DNA from: an uncultured Bacilli bacterium
GTDB lineage: Bacteria > Bacillota_I > Bacilli_A > RF39 > UBA660
Length of the DNA: 59,482 nt
Assembly (NCBI GenBank): GCA_947629815.1
Contig: CANRFG010000005.1
Coordinates: 1 to 59,482, forward strand
Reading direction: 5' to 3'
Each line of letters begins with the position of its first letter. Positions within the stretch are counted from its first letter, which is position 1. Under the pieces are notes generated by a model, which had not been told where the DNA came from, searched no databases, and was given only the letters and a program-made list of their open reading frames with translations. This document shows positions 21,086 through 30,875 of the stretch, in pieces. The translations under genes were made by a program, and so were the position numbers.

Positions 21086-21877
21086 ATGAAAATATATATA
21101 GATTTAGTTTTATTTATAAATTTTGGATTAGATTTTTTATTACTATTATCAGTAGCTATAATATTGAAAAGAAAAATCAAAATGTATAATATTTTGCTAG
21201 GTTCTTTTATTGGTAGTTTAAGTATATTACTTTTATTTATAAATATAAATTCTATACAATTATTTTTAATAAAAGTAATAACGAGTATTTTTATGATATT
21301 AATTTCATTTGGATATAAAAATATAAAATATTTTTTAAAAAATTTTATTTTTTTATATATAAACAGTATATTACTAGGTGGATTTATGTATTTTATAAAC
21401 AATCAATTCTCTTACAAAAATAATGGGATTGTTTTCTATAATAATGGTTTAAGCATAAACCTTATATTTTTAATTATAGCTTCACCAATAATAATATATA
21501 TTTATATAAAACAAATTAAAACATTAAAAACAAATTATAATTCTTATTATCAAATAGATATATATTTGAATGATAATATTATTAATTGTACTGCATTTTT
21601 AGATACAGGTAACAAATTGAAAAGTCCTTATTCAAATAAACCAATAATAATAATAAATGAAAGTGTGTTAAAAAAATATTCAATCCCACCACCTACATTT
21701 GTGCCTATTAATACAGTTACAGGTAGTTATTTAATGCAAACATTTAAAGTTAATAAAATAGAAATAAAAGGAATTGGATTTTTAAATAATGTAATATTTG
21801 GAATATCTAAGAATAATATTAATATAAATGGAGTAGATTGTATTTTAAATTTAGAACTATTGGAGGCAATAAAATGA
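21086..21877 (+). CDS. spoIIGA: Pro-sigmaE processing aspartic protease
   Basis: IYIDLVLFINF N-terminus, about five TM helices, FLDTGNKL..P motif; overlaps sigE. Confidence 0.9.
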   Translation: MKIYIDLVLFINFGLDFLLLLSVAIILKRKIKMYNILLGSFIGSLSILLLFININSIQLFLIKVITSIFMILISFGYKNIKYFLKNFIFLYINSILLGGFMYFINNQFSYKNNGIVFYNNGLSINLIFLIIASPIIIYIYIKQIKTLKTNYNSYYQIDIYLNDNIINCTAFLDTGNKLKSPYSNKPIIIINESVLKKYSIPPPTFVPINTVTGSYLMQTFKVNKIEIKGIGFLNNVIFGISKNNININGVDCILNLELLEAIK

Positions 21878-22563
21878 TAAAAAAAATATTAAATTATATT
21901 TTAGGTTTTATAAGAGAAAGAAGTATATATTTTGTAGGTAGTGCGGATAAGCTTCCTGAACCACTTTCAAAAGAAGAAGAAACAAGATATGTAGAATGTT
22001 CTATGAATGGAGATAAAAATGCAAGAAATATTTTAATTGAACATAATTTAAGATTAGTAGTTTTTTTAGCTAAAAAATATGAAAATACAGGGTTAGATTT
22101 AGAAGATTTAGTAAGTATCGGTACAATTGGTTTAATTAAAGGAGTAAATACATATAAACTAGATAAAAATATTAAACTTGCTACATACGCATCAAGATGT
22201 ATAGATAATGAAATATTAATGTTTTTAAGAAAAAATAAAAAAAGAAGAGGAGAGGTAAGTTTTGAAGATAGCCTAAGTTATGATGCAGAGGGTAATGAGT
22301 TACATTTAGAAGATATTTTAGGTACTGATAATGATATAGTTACAAAAGAAATAGAATCAGAAAATGATAGAAAAGTATTTTATAAAGAAATAAATAAATT
22401 AAATAGTAGGGATAAAAAAATTATGATACTTAGATATGGATTATATAATAATGAAGAAATGACACAAAAAGATGTTGCTTCTCTTTTAGGTATAAGTCAA
22501 TCCTATATTTCAAGAATAGAAAAAAAGGTTATAAAAAGATTAAGGAGTGTAACTAAAAGTTAA
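21874..22563 (+). CDS. sigE: Sporulation sigma factor SigE (with pro-sequence)
   Basis: RBS GGAGG before ATG 21874; YFVGSADKLPEPL, KLATYASRCIDNEILM, LGISQSYISRIEK. Confidence 0.95.
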   Translation: MIKKILNYILGFIRERSIYFVGSADKLPEPLSKEEETRYVECSMNGDKNARNILIEHNLRLVVFLAKKYENTGLDLEDLVSIGTIGLIKGVNTYKLDKNIKLATYASRCIDNEILMFLRKNKKRRGEVSFEDSLSYDAEGNELHLEDILGTDNDIVTKEIESENDRKVFYKEINKLNSRDKKIMILRYGLYNNEEMTQKDVASLLGISQSYISRIEKKVIKRLRSVTKS

Positions 22564-22575
22564 ACACTCCTTTTT
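22542..22575 (+). terminator. Terminator overlapping the end of sigE
   Basis: AAGGAGTGT...ACACTCCTT followed by a T run. Confidence 0.65.
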
Positions 22576-22646
22576 ATAATATATAACTAGTATAAATTAA
22601 TAATAGATGATATAATGTTATTAGCTTATGTGCTGAAGGAGAGATT

Positions 22647-23375
22647 ATGAGTAGTATAAAGATACCAAATCATGTAGGAATAATATTAGATGGTAATGGA
22701 AGATGGGCACAACAAAGAAATTTGAGTAGAAGTGAAGGACATAAGACAAGTGTTGAAACATTAAAAAAAGTAGCTGCATATATATTAAGTAAAGGAATAA
22801 AGCAGTTAAGTGTTTTTGCTTTTTCAACTGAAAACTTTAAAAGAAGTGAAGAAGAAGTTAGTTTTTTAATGAATTTATTTATTAAAAAATTTACAGAAGA
22901 AGCAAATTATTTTAATGAAAAAAATATCAAAGTAGTTTTTTCTGGTATTAGAAATAAACCACTTCCAAATAGTGTAATTAAAGCTATGAATACTTTAGAA
23001 GAACAAACTAAAAATAATACTAATGGAATATTAAACATTTGCTTAAATTATGGTGGAAGAGCAGAAATAGTTGATGCAACTAAAAAAATAGTAAATGATG
23101 TTATTAATAATAAGTTAGATATTGATTCATTAAATGAAGAAATATATTCAAATTATTTATATCAAAAATTAGAACCAATCGATTTATTAATTAGAACAAG
23201 TGGTGAAAATAGAATAAGTAATTTTATGTTATGGCAACTTGCTTATGCTGAATTTTATTTTCCAAATATATATTTTCCAGATTTTAATGAAGATGAATTC
23301 GATAAAGCATTATTAGAATATAATAAAAGAGATAGAAGATTTGGAGGAATAAACTATGAGAAAAAAAGTAATTGA
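22647..23375 (+). CDS. uppS: Undecaprenyl diphosphate synthase
   Basis: HVGIILDGNGRWA, FSTENFKRS, NYGGR, IRTSGENRISNFMLWQ, RRFGG. Confidence 0.95.
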   Translation: MSSIKIPNHVGIILDGNGRWAQQRNLSRSEGHKTSVETLKKVAAYILSKGIKQLSVFAFSTENFKRSEEEVSFLMNLFIKKFTEEANYFNEKNIKVVFSGIRNKPLPNSVIKAMNTLEEQTKNNTNGILNICLNYGGRAEIVDATKKIVNDVINNKLDIDSLNEEIYSNYLYQKLEPIDLLIRTSGENRISNFMLWQLAYAEFYFPNIYFPDFNEDEFDKALLEYNKRDRRFGGINYEKKSN

Positions 23376-24984
23376 ATATGAAGAAAAGAAATATCGTAAA
23401 TATTTTATAAGTATTATATTTACAATATTATTTGCTTTGATAATATATTATTTTATGTTACCACCAATAAATTTAACATCATTTTCATTTTGGATTTATT
23501 TAATGTTAGTAGTTGGTTTTTATACTTTAGTTGCTAGCTGTTCAAATTTGAAAATAGAAAATAATATACTAGTAAGTAAAATACCAAGACAAAATGATAA
23601 ATTTAAGTATGTATGGTATTGTTTTATAGTTATTTTTTTAGCGATTATATTTGTTAATATTTTAAATTCTCCTATTTTCGCTTCAAAATCTTATTATAAT
23701 AGAATAACAGTAGATGAAACAGGTGTATTTGAAGAAGATATAAGTCTTGTAGATACTTCAAAGTTACCTTTACTTGATAAAGCATCAAGTTCAAAATTGG
23801 GAGATAGAGTAATGGGACAAATGCCTGATTTAGTATCTCAATATACAGTTTCAACACTATATACTCAAATAAATTATAATGATGAAATAACAAGGGTAAC
23901 CCCTCTTGAATATGCAAGTATAATAAAATACCTTACTAATCATAAAACAGGTGTTATAGGGTATATAAAAGTTAATTCAGTAAATGGAAAAACAGAATTA
24001 GTTAGATTAGAAAAAGGTATGAAATATATGCCATCTGCTATTTTAAATGAAGATTTATATCGTAAACTTAGATTTTCATATCCAACAGAAATATTTGGAG
24101 AAGCAAATTTTGAAATAGATAATGATGGAAATCCATATTGGGTAGTACCAACAATTAGATATACTGCTGTTGGTTTAAGAGAAGAGGTAAATGGAGTTGT
24201 TATACTAGACCCAATAACAGGTGAAAGTAAGAAATACTCTGTATCTGAAGTACCAAAATGGGTTGACCATGTATATTCACCAGATTTGATAATAGAACAA
24301 TTAGATGATTGGGGAACATATAAAAATGGATTTATAAATTCATTCTTTGGCCAAAAAGGAGTAGTAAATACAACAGAAGGATATAATTATACTGTAATGA
24401 ATGATGATGTATATTTATATACAGGAATTACTTCTGTTGCTAACGACGAATCAAATATAGGATTTGTATTAAGTAATTTAAGAACAAAAGAAACTGTATT
24501 TTATGCTGTTTCTGGAGCTGAAGAATTTTCTGCAATGGAAAGTGCTAAAGGTCAAGTTCAACAAATGAATTATGATGCAACTTTTCCATTACTTGTTAAT
24601 ATAAATAATAAACCTACTTATTTATTGTCATTAAAAGATAAAGCAGGCTTGGTAAAAATGTATGCTTTGGTAGATGTTGTCGATTATCAAAAAGTAGTTG
24701 TAACAGATTCTAGTGAAGGAATAGATAATGCAATTAAAAATTATTTAGGAAACACAGTTATTGGGGTAGAAAGTAAGACATCAACTATAACAATAAGCAA
24801 AATAAAAGAAGCTTCAATAGAAGGTAATACTTACTATTTTATAACAGATTCAAATAATAATAAGTATAGAATTTCTATTAAAGTAAATGAAAATATCTTA
24901 CCATTCTTAGAAATAGGTTCAAAAGTTAATATTACATATGTAGAAAATGCTAATATAAAAGAAATAACACAATTAAGCTACTAA
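23356..24984 (+). CDS. Membrane protein of unknown function (three N-terminal TM helices, large extracytoplasmic domain)
   Basis: 542-aa ORF overlapping uppS; hydrophobic N-terminus, beta-rich soluble domain. Confidence 0.7.
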   Translation: MRKKVIEYEEKKYRKYFISIIFTILFALIIYYFMLPPINLTSFSFWIYLMLVVGFYTLVASCSNLKIENNILVSKIPRQNDKFKYVWYCFIVIFLAIIFVNILNSPIFASKSYYNRITVDETGVFEEDISLVDTSKLPLLDKASSSKLGDRVMGQMPDLVSQYTVSTLYTQINYNDEITRVTPLEYASIIKYLTNHKTGVIGYIKVNSVNGKTELVRLEKGMKYMPSAILNEDLYRKLRFSYPTEIFGEANFEIDNDGNPYWVVPTIRYTAVGLREEVNGVVILDPITGESKKYSVSEVPKWVDHVYSPDLIIEQLDDWGTYKNGFINSFFGQKGVVNTTEGYNYTVMNDDVYLYTGITSVANDESNIGFVLSNLRTKETVFYAVSGAEEFSAMESAKGQVQQMNYDATFPLLVNINNKPTYLLSLKDKAGLVKMYALVDVVDYQKVVVTDSSEGIDNAIKNYLGNTVIGVESKTSTITISKIKEASIEGNTYYFITDSNNNKYRISIKVNENILPFLEIGSKVNITYVENANIKEITQLSY

Positions 24985-25003
24985 TAAGTAGTTTTTTTGT
25001 TAT

Positions 25004-25040
25004 TTGACTTTTTTAAATAAATATAGTAATATATGTCAAT
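25004..25040 (+). promoter_or_regulatory. SigA-type promoter with a short flanking inverted repeat
   Basis: TTGACT-N17-TAATAT; TTGAC...GTCAA repeat; preceded by a terminator-like hairpin (AGCTACT/AGTAGTT + T run). Confidence 0.55.
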
Positions 25041-25055
25041 AAAAAGAGGGGTTTT

Positions 25056-26507
25056 ATGGATAAAAATATCAAAAAATTAGAAATAATTTTAAAACAAGAA
25101 CTTACAAATTTAATTAATAAAAAATGTAATAAAAAAGTTATACAAAGAAACATAGACATTTTAAATAATGTAAATATATTATTATCTAAAAAAATAGAAA
25201 TATTAATAAAAAATAAAATGACTATTTTTCTTTGTTTGGATACAGTTTTTGGTAAAGATAATTTGTATTCAAAAGAATTAATTAATGATATTGTTTGGTT
25301 AGAAAATTGTAATTTAGAAATAGTAGATATGGAAGAATATCAAAATAAAATTGATAATATATTATCTTTAAAACAAAATATAGAAGAAGATATATTTGAA
25401 ATGGAATTACAACTAGAAGAAATAGCTAATATAGAAAAGTCTAAAAATGGTTTTAATAAAATACAAAGAATAAGTTATTTACTTCAACTTTTAAAATATG
25501 AACAAAGAATAAGTGAAAATTATTTAGAATTTATATATGATTTTTTAAATTCTAAAAATATTAGTCAAAAAGAAATAATATATATATTAGAAAGTCTTAG
25601 AGAAAGAAACATTTCAATACAAAAAACTATTATTAATAATCCAAATTTAAAATTTGATTATTCGATATTAAATACAATTAATATTGGATTTGAATACTAT
25701 AAGAAATTACCTGTAAGTGAAGTAGAAGAAAGTAAGTTGTTATTAAGAGTACAAAGTATTATAACTTCATTTGAAGAATGTTTAAAACTAAATGGTACAA
25801 TTCAATTTGACTTAGAACTATTAAAATTTAATGAAAAAATTGATAATATTTATAGTTATAAAGCTTTTTATCATTTATTAATGAATGCAATACAAGATAA
25901 AATGATTGAAATGATTAATTTAATACAAGATAAAGATTTTTACTTTGATAAACAAATAAAAATACAAGTTTTAAAAAATTATAATGATTATTTAAGAATG
26001 TATTTAGAATCAAGAAATTATATAGATAAGCAAATTTTTGATTATGAAAATCCAAATATAGAAACTGAGTTAATTGAAAATAAAAATAAAAATCATTTGT
26101 TTTTTGCAAAGAAAAATGATTGTACTTATTTTGAAAAAGATTTAAAAAATATACCAAAAGAATATTTTTATAAAATAGAACAATTATTAAATAATTTTAA
26201 GGAAAATACAATTCCTAGAAAGCAAATAAAATTTTTTAATTCAGCTGGAATGAAAAAATTTGTTGATTTTTTCGAACTTAAAGATGACCAAGTTAGAATA
26301 TGCGCAAAAAGAATAAAAGATAATTATTATTTAATAACAGGTGTTGGAATAAAAAAAGAAAACATTAATACTAAACTGCTTGAGGCTATATGTAGACCTA
26401 GTGATATAAAAGAAGATGAAATTGATAGTTATTTAAAAGAAGAACAACAAATATACGATAATATAATTGAATATTGTAAAAATAATAAAAGGAGAGGTAA
26501 TAGATGA
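25056..26507 (+). CDS. Long helical/coiled-coil protein with a C-terminal RelE/ParE-like domain
   Basis: The C-terminal FEKDLKNIP..KIEQLL...FFELKDDQVRI..KRIKDNYYLITGVGIKK matches the RelE/HigB pattern by eye. Confidence 0.55.
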   Translation: MDKNIKKLEIILKQELTNLINKKCNKKVIQRNIDILNNVNILLSKKIEILIKNKMTIFLCLDTVFGKDNLYSKELINDIVWLENCNLEIVDMEEYQNKIDNILSLKQNIEEDIFEMELQLEEIANIEKSKNGFNKIQRISYLLQLLKYEQRISENYLEFIYDFLNSKNISQKEIIYILESLRERNISIQKTIINNPNLKFDYSILNTINIGFEYYKKLPVSEVEESKLLLRVQSIITSFEECLKLNGTIQFDLELLKFNEKIDNIYSYKAFYHLLMNAIQDKMIEMINLIQDKDFYFDKQIKIQVLKNYNDYLRMYLESRNYIDKQIFDYENPNIETELIENKNKNHLFFAKKNDCTYFEKDLKNIPKEYFYKIEQLLNNFKENTIPRKQIKFFNSAGMKKFVDFFELKDDQVRICAKRIKDNYYLITGVGIKKENINTKLLEAICRPSDIKEDEIDSYLKEEQQIYDNIIEYCKNNKRRGNR

Positions 26508-26689
26508 AAAAAGAAGAAATTAAAGAATATATAAAAAATAATGGTGATATTAAATTATTAGTTGCTAATTATCCTAATGATTTAATATTAATTTCAAAAT
26601 GTTTAATTGAAGTTATAAAAGAAGAAGATAATAAATTTAATGAAATACTTGCTTTAGAAACAAAAGAAAACAAAATAAAAAGTAAGTAA
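26504..26689 (+). CDS. 61-aa hypothetical protein translationally coupled to the upstream ORF
   Basis: ATGA overlap and RBS GGAGAGG. Confidence 0.65.
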   Translation: MKKEEIKEYIKNNGDIKLLVANYPNDLILISKCLIEVIKEEDNKFNEILALETKENKIKSK

Positions 26690-26693
26690 ATAT

Positions 26694-26740
26694 GAATAAT
26701 AAATCTCTTTTCGTATCAAAATCGATATGAAAGGAGATTT
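26694..26740 (+). promoter_or_regulatory. SigF/SigG-type promoter embedded in an RBS-sequestering hairpin of sigG
   Basis: GAATA-N18-CAAAATC; 17-bp stem AAATCTCTTTTCGTATC / GATATGAAAGGAGATTT (two G-U pairs) covering AAGGAG. Confidence 0.65.
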
Positions 26741-26743
26741 TTA

Positions 26744-27520
26744 ATGTCACGTCACAAAGTAGAAATTGCGAACGTGAATACTGCGAATATTAAAGTTTTA
26801 ACAAATGAAGAAATGGTAGAATTATTTAAAAAATACCAAAATGGAGATTTAAATGCTAAAGAAGAATTAGTAAATGGTAATTTAAAATTAGTCTTATCAA
26901 TACTTAGAAAATATAACAATAGAACAGATAATATGGACGATTTATTTCAAATAGGTTGTATCGGACTTATAAAAGCAATAGATAATTTTGATTTATCACA
27001 TGAAGTAAAATTTTCAACATATGCAGTGCCTATGATTATTGGAGAAGTAAAAAGATATTTAAGAGATAATAGTAGTGTTAGAATAGCTAGAAGTATAAAA
27101 GATATTGCATATAAATCATTAAAGAAAAAAGAAGAACTTACAAATCAACTTGGAAAAGAACCAAGTATTTCAATGATTGCCTCATCTTTAGGGTACACAG
27201 AATATGAAGTTGCAAATGCACTTGATTCTATAAAAGAAACAATAAGTATGGCAGAAGCAATATATAATGATGGTGGGGATACTATATATTTAGAAGACCA
27301 ACTAGAAGATAAAAAAGATGATATGTATAATTTAGATATAAAAATTGCTTTAAAAGATGCAATAAATAAACTAAAAGATAAAGAAAAATACATTATATTA
27401 GAACGATATGTAATGGGAAAAACGCAAATGGAATTAGCAGAAGAAATAGGTATAAGTCAAGCGCAAATATCAAGGTTAGAAAAAAATGGACTTAATAACA
27501 TAAAAAGAATTATAAGTTAA
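26744..27520 (+). CDS. sigG: Sporulation sigma factor SigG
   Basis: HKVEIANVNT N-terminus, DDLFQIGCIGL, FSTYAVPMIIGE, IYNDGGDTIY, GISQAQISRLEK. Confidence 0.95.
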   Translation: MSRHKVEIANVNTANIKVLTNEEMVELFKKYQNGDLNAKEELVNGNLKLVLSILRKYNNRTDNMDDLFQIGCIGLIKAIDNFDLSHEVKFSTYAVPMIIGEVKRYLRDNSSVRIARSIKDIAYKSLKKKEELTNQLGKEPSISMIASSLGYTEYEVANALDSIKETISMAEAIYNDGGDTIYLEDQLEDKKDDMYNLDIKIALKDAINKLKDKEKYIILERYVMGKTQMELAEEIGISQAQISRLEKNGLNNIKRIIS

Positions 27521-27549
27521 AATATTCATAAAATTAAATAGGTGGTTTT

Positions 27550-27780
27550 ATGCGTTTATCTGATTTACAAGATAAAGATGTTGTAAATATAAAAGATGGT
27601 ACAAAAATAGGAAATATAATAGATGTAGAAATAACAAGTGATGGAAAAATGAATAGTTTGATAGTTGAAAAAAGTAAATTTATATTATCAAGATTTACAT
27701 CAAAAGGTGAAATAAAAATAAAATGGGAACAAATAGAAAAAATAGGAGAAGATGTTATACTTGTTAGTATTGTAATTTGA
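27550..27780 (+). CDS. ylmC: YlmC/YmxH PRC-barrel sporulation protein
   Basis: MRLSDLQDKDVVN..DG..IG.I.D...IKWEQIEKIGEDVILV; follows sigG. Confidence 0.9.
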   Translation: MRLSDLQDKDVVNIKDGTKIGNIIDVEITSDGKMNSLIVEKSKFILSRFTSKGEIKIKWEQIEKIGEDVILVSIVI

Positions 27781-27816
27781 TTTGCTTATGATATAATTAT
27801 TGTAGGAAGTGAATGT

Positions 27817-28869
27817 ATGAAAAAAATAACAATAAATATGTTATCATCAGCAGATAAAGTAGATGGACAAGGAGTAGGAAGCGCATATTTAGAACAAGTA
27901 TCTTTAATAAAAGAGGCAAATGATTTATTTGATGTTAAAATAAATGATAAAAATGATGCTGATATAATACATTGTCATACAGTAGACTTAGGTAATTATA
28001 TCGCTATGTCAAAAACAAAAGGTGTAAGTGTTGCTTATGTACATTTTTTACCAACAACATTAGATGGAAGTATAAAACTTCCAAAACCAGCCTTTTCTGT
28101 ATTTAAAAAATATGTAATTAGTTTTTATAATAAAGCAGACCATTTAGTAGTTGTAAATCCAATATTTATAGATGAACTTCAAAAAAATAAAATAGATAAG
28201 AAAAAAGTAACATATATACCAAATTATGTGTCAAAAGAGTCATTTTATAAAATAAGTAAACAAAAAAGAAATAAAATAAGAGCAAATTATAATTTAAAAG
28301 AAGATGATTTTGTAGTTTTAGGAGTAGGACAAGTTCAAACAAGAAAAGGTGTAATGGATTTTATAGAAGTTGCTAAAAAACTACCAAAAATTAAATTTAT
28401 ATGGTGTGGTGGATTTTCATTTGGAAAAATAACAGATGGATATGATGAACTTAAAAAAATATATGATAATCCTCCTAAAAATGTACAATTTTTAGGAATA
28501 ATACCAAGAGACAAAATGAACGATATGTATAATATGTCAGATGTACTTTTCATGCCATCATATAATGAATTATTTCCAATGTCAATATTAGAAGCAGTTA
28601 ATTCAGAAAAACCACTTATTTTAAGAGATTTAGAATTATATAAAGATATATTATTTGAAAAATATTTAAAAGGAAACAAAAATACAGATTTTGTAAAACA
28701 AATTAAATTATTAAAAGAAGATGAAAAAACATATAAAAAATATAGTAAATATTCAAAAGAAATAAGTGAGTTTTATTCAAAAGAACATGTACTTGAAATG
28801 TGGAAAAAATTTTATGTACAAATACATAATGAACATAAAGAAAAAATGAAAGAAAAAATTAAAAGTTAA
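27817..28869 (+). CDS. GT4 glycosyltransferase (CpoA-like glycolipid glycosyltransferase)
   Basis: SSADKVDGQGVGSAY, GQVQTRKG, PSYNELFPMSILEA. Confidence 0.85.
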   Translation: MKKITINMLSSADKVDGQGVGSAYLEQVSLIKEANDLFDVKINDKNDADIIHCHTVDLGNYIAMSKTKGVSVAYVHFLPTTLDGSIKLPKPAFSVFKKYVISFYNKADHLVVVNPIFIDELQKNKIDKKKVTYIPNYVSKESFYKISKQKRNKIRANYNLKEDDFVVLGVGQVQTRKGVMDFIEVAKKLPKIKFIWCGGFSFGKITDGYDELKKIYDNPPKNVQFLGIIPRDKMNDMYNMSDVLFMPSYNELFPMSILEAVNSEKPLILRDLELYKDILFEKYLKGNKNTDFVKQIKLLKEDEKTYKKYSKYSKEISEFYSKEHVLEMWKKFYVQIHNEHKEKMKEKIKS

Positions 28870-28956
28870 TACATTAAAAAGCCTTATATTATAAGACTTT
28901 TTTTAAAAAATATTTGAAAAAATTATCTTTCATGGTATAATTATAAAGGTGATAAC

Positions 28957-30867
28957 ATGGCAAAATATGATGAAAGCTCAATTAAAGTATTAGAGGGATT
29001 AGAGGCTGTAAGAAAAAGACCTGGTATGTATATTGGTTCAACAGATAAAAGAGGCCTTCACCATTTAGTATGGGAAATAGTAGATAATAGTATAGATGAA
29101 GTTATAAATGGATATGGTAAAAAAATAAAAATAGTTTTATATCCTGATAAAAGTATAAGTGTTGAAGATGAAGGAAGAGGAGTACCTGTTGGTAAACATT
29201 CAACAGGAATGTCTACTCCTGAGGTAATATATACAATACTACACGCAGGAGGTAAATTTGAAAGTGGTGGATATAAAGTATCAGGTGGACTACATGGAGT
29301 AGGTGCGAGTGTTGTAAATGCACTTTCTAAATGGATGGAAGTTACAATAAAAAGAGATGGTTATGAACATTTTATAAGTTTCAAAAATGGTGGTAAATTA
29401 GATAAACCATTACAACAACTAGGTAAGACTTCTAAAACAGGAACTAAAGTTAAATTTATGCCAGATGATAGTATATTTTCATCAACTACATTTTCATTTA
29501 CAACAATATGTGAAAGGATGCAGGAATGCGCATTTTTAATTAAAGGTTTAACTGTTATAGTAGAAGATATAGAAGATAATAAAAGTGAAACATTTCATTA
29601 TGAAAACGGATTAAAATCTTTTGTAGAATACTTAGACGATGATAAAAAGCAGTTGCACAATGTAGTATCATTTGATGGAACAAAAGATGGAATAAATGTA
29701 GAAGTTGCATTTCAATATACAGATACATATTCTGAAAATATAGTTTCATTTGTAAATAATGTAAAAACAAATGATGGTGGTAGCCATGAAGTAGGGTTTA
29801 AGACTGCTCTTACTAGAGTATTTAATGACTACGCTAAAGAAAATGGATACTTAAAATCAAAAGATAAAAACTTAGAAGGTAGTGATACAAGAGAAGGTTT
29901 AACTGCAATAATAAGTTTACAAATACCAGAAAATTTACTTCAATTTGAAGGACAAACAAAAGCTAAATTAGGAACACCTGTTGCTAGAACTATAGTAGAT
30001 AAAATAGTGGGAGAAAAACTTCAATATTTCCTTGAAGAAAACAAATCAATTGCTACATTAATACTAGAAAAAATGGTAAAAAGTAAAATGGTAAGAGAAG
30101 CAGCAAGAAAAGCAAGAGATGAAGCAAGAAATGGAAAAGATAAAAATAAAAAAGAAAGGTCTTTAAGTGATAAATTAACTCCAGCTCAAACTAAAAATCC
30201 AGATAAAAACGAATTATTTTTAGTCGAGGGAGATTCAGCAGGTGGTTCTGCAAAACAAGGAAGAGATAGAAAATATCAAGCAATATTGCCACTTAGAGGT
30301 AAAGTACTTAATACAGAAAAAGTAAAACTTGAAGACATATTTAAAAATGAAGAAATAAATACAATAGTTCATACTATAGGAGCTGGAGTTGGTAGCGATT
30401 TTGAAGTAAAAGATTCAAATTATGATAAAGTTATAATAATGACCGATGCAGATGATGATGGTGCGCATATTCAAATTTTATTATTAACATTCTTTTATAG
30501 ATATATGAAACCATTAATAGAAGCAGGTAAACTTTATATAGCGATGCCACCACTTTATAAATTATTTAATGGTAAGACTGTATATTATGCATGGAGTGAC
30601 GAAGAAAGAAAAGAAATACTTGAAAGTAGTAAAGTAAAACTAGAAACACAAAGATATAAAGGTCTAGGAGAAATGAACTATGATCAATTATGGGAAACTA
30701 CAATGAACCCAGAAACAAGAAGTTTAATAAAAGTAAATATTAATGATGTTTCTTTAGCAGAAAAAAGAGTTAGCGTTTTAATGGGAGATAAAGTAGAACC
30801 AAGAAAACAATGGATAGAAGAAAATGTTGAATTTTCATTAGAAGATAACTATAAAATAGAAGCATAA
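28957..30867 (+). CDS. parE: DNA topoisomerase IV subunit B
   Basis: LEGLEAVRKRPGMYIGS, EGDSAGGSAKQGRDR, LMGDKVEPR (ParE-type C-terminus); upstream TTGAAA..TGGTATAAT. Confidence 0.93.
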   Translation: MAKYDESSIKVLEGLEAVRKRPGMYIGSTDKRGLHHLVWEIVDNSIDEVINGYGKKIKIVLYPDKSISVEDEGRGVPVGKHSTGMSTPEVIYTILHAGGKFESGGYKVSGGLHGVGASVVNALSKWMEVTIKRDGYEHFISFKNGGKLDKPLQQLGKTSKTGTKVKFMPDDSIFSSTTFSFTTICERMQECAFLIKGLTVIVEDIEDNKSETFHYENGLKSFVEYLDDDKKQLHNVVSFDGTKDGINVEVAFQYTDTYSENIVSFVNNVKTNDGGSHEVGFKTALTRVFNDYAKENGYLKSKDKNLEGSDTREGLTAIISLQIPENLLQFEGQTKAKLGTPVARTIVDKIVGEKLQYFLEENKSIATLILEKMVKSKMVREAARKARDEARNGKDKNKKERSLSDKLTPAQTKNPDKNELFLVEGDSAGGSAKQGRDRKYQAILPLRGKVLNTEKVKLEDIFKNEEINTIVHTIGAGVGSDFEVKDSNYDKVIIMTDADDDGAHIQILLLTFFYRYMKPLIEAGKLYIAMPPLYKLFNGKTVYYAWSDEERKEILESSKVKLETQRYKGLGEMNYDQLWETTMNPETRSLIKVNINDVSLAEKRVSVLMGDKVEPRKQWIEENVEFSLEDNYKIEA

Positions 30868-30875
30868 GGAGAACT

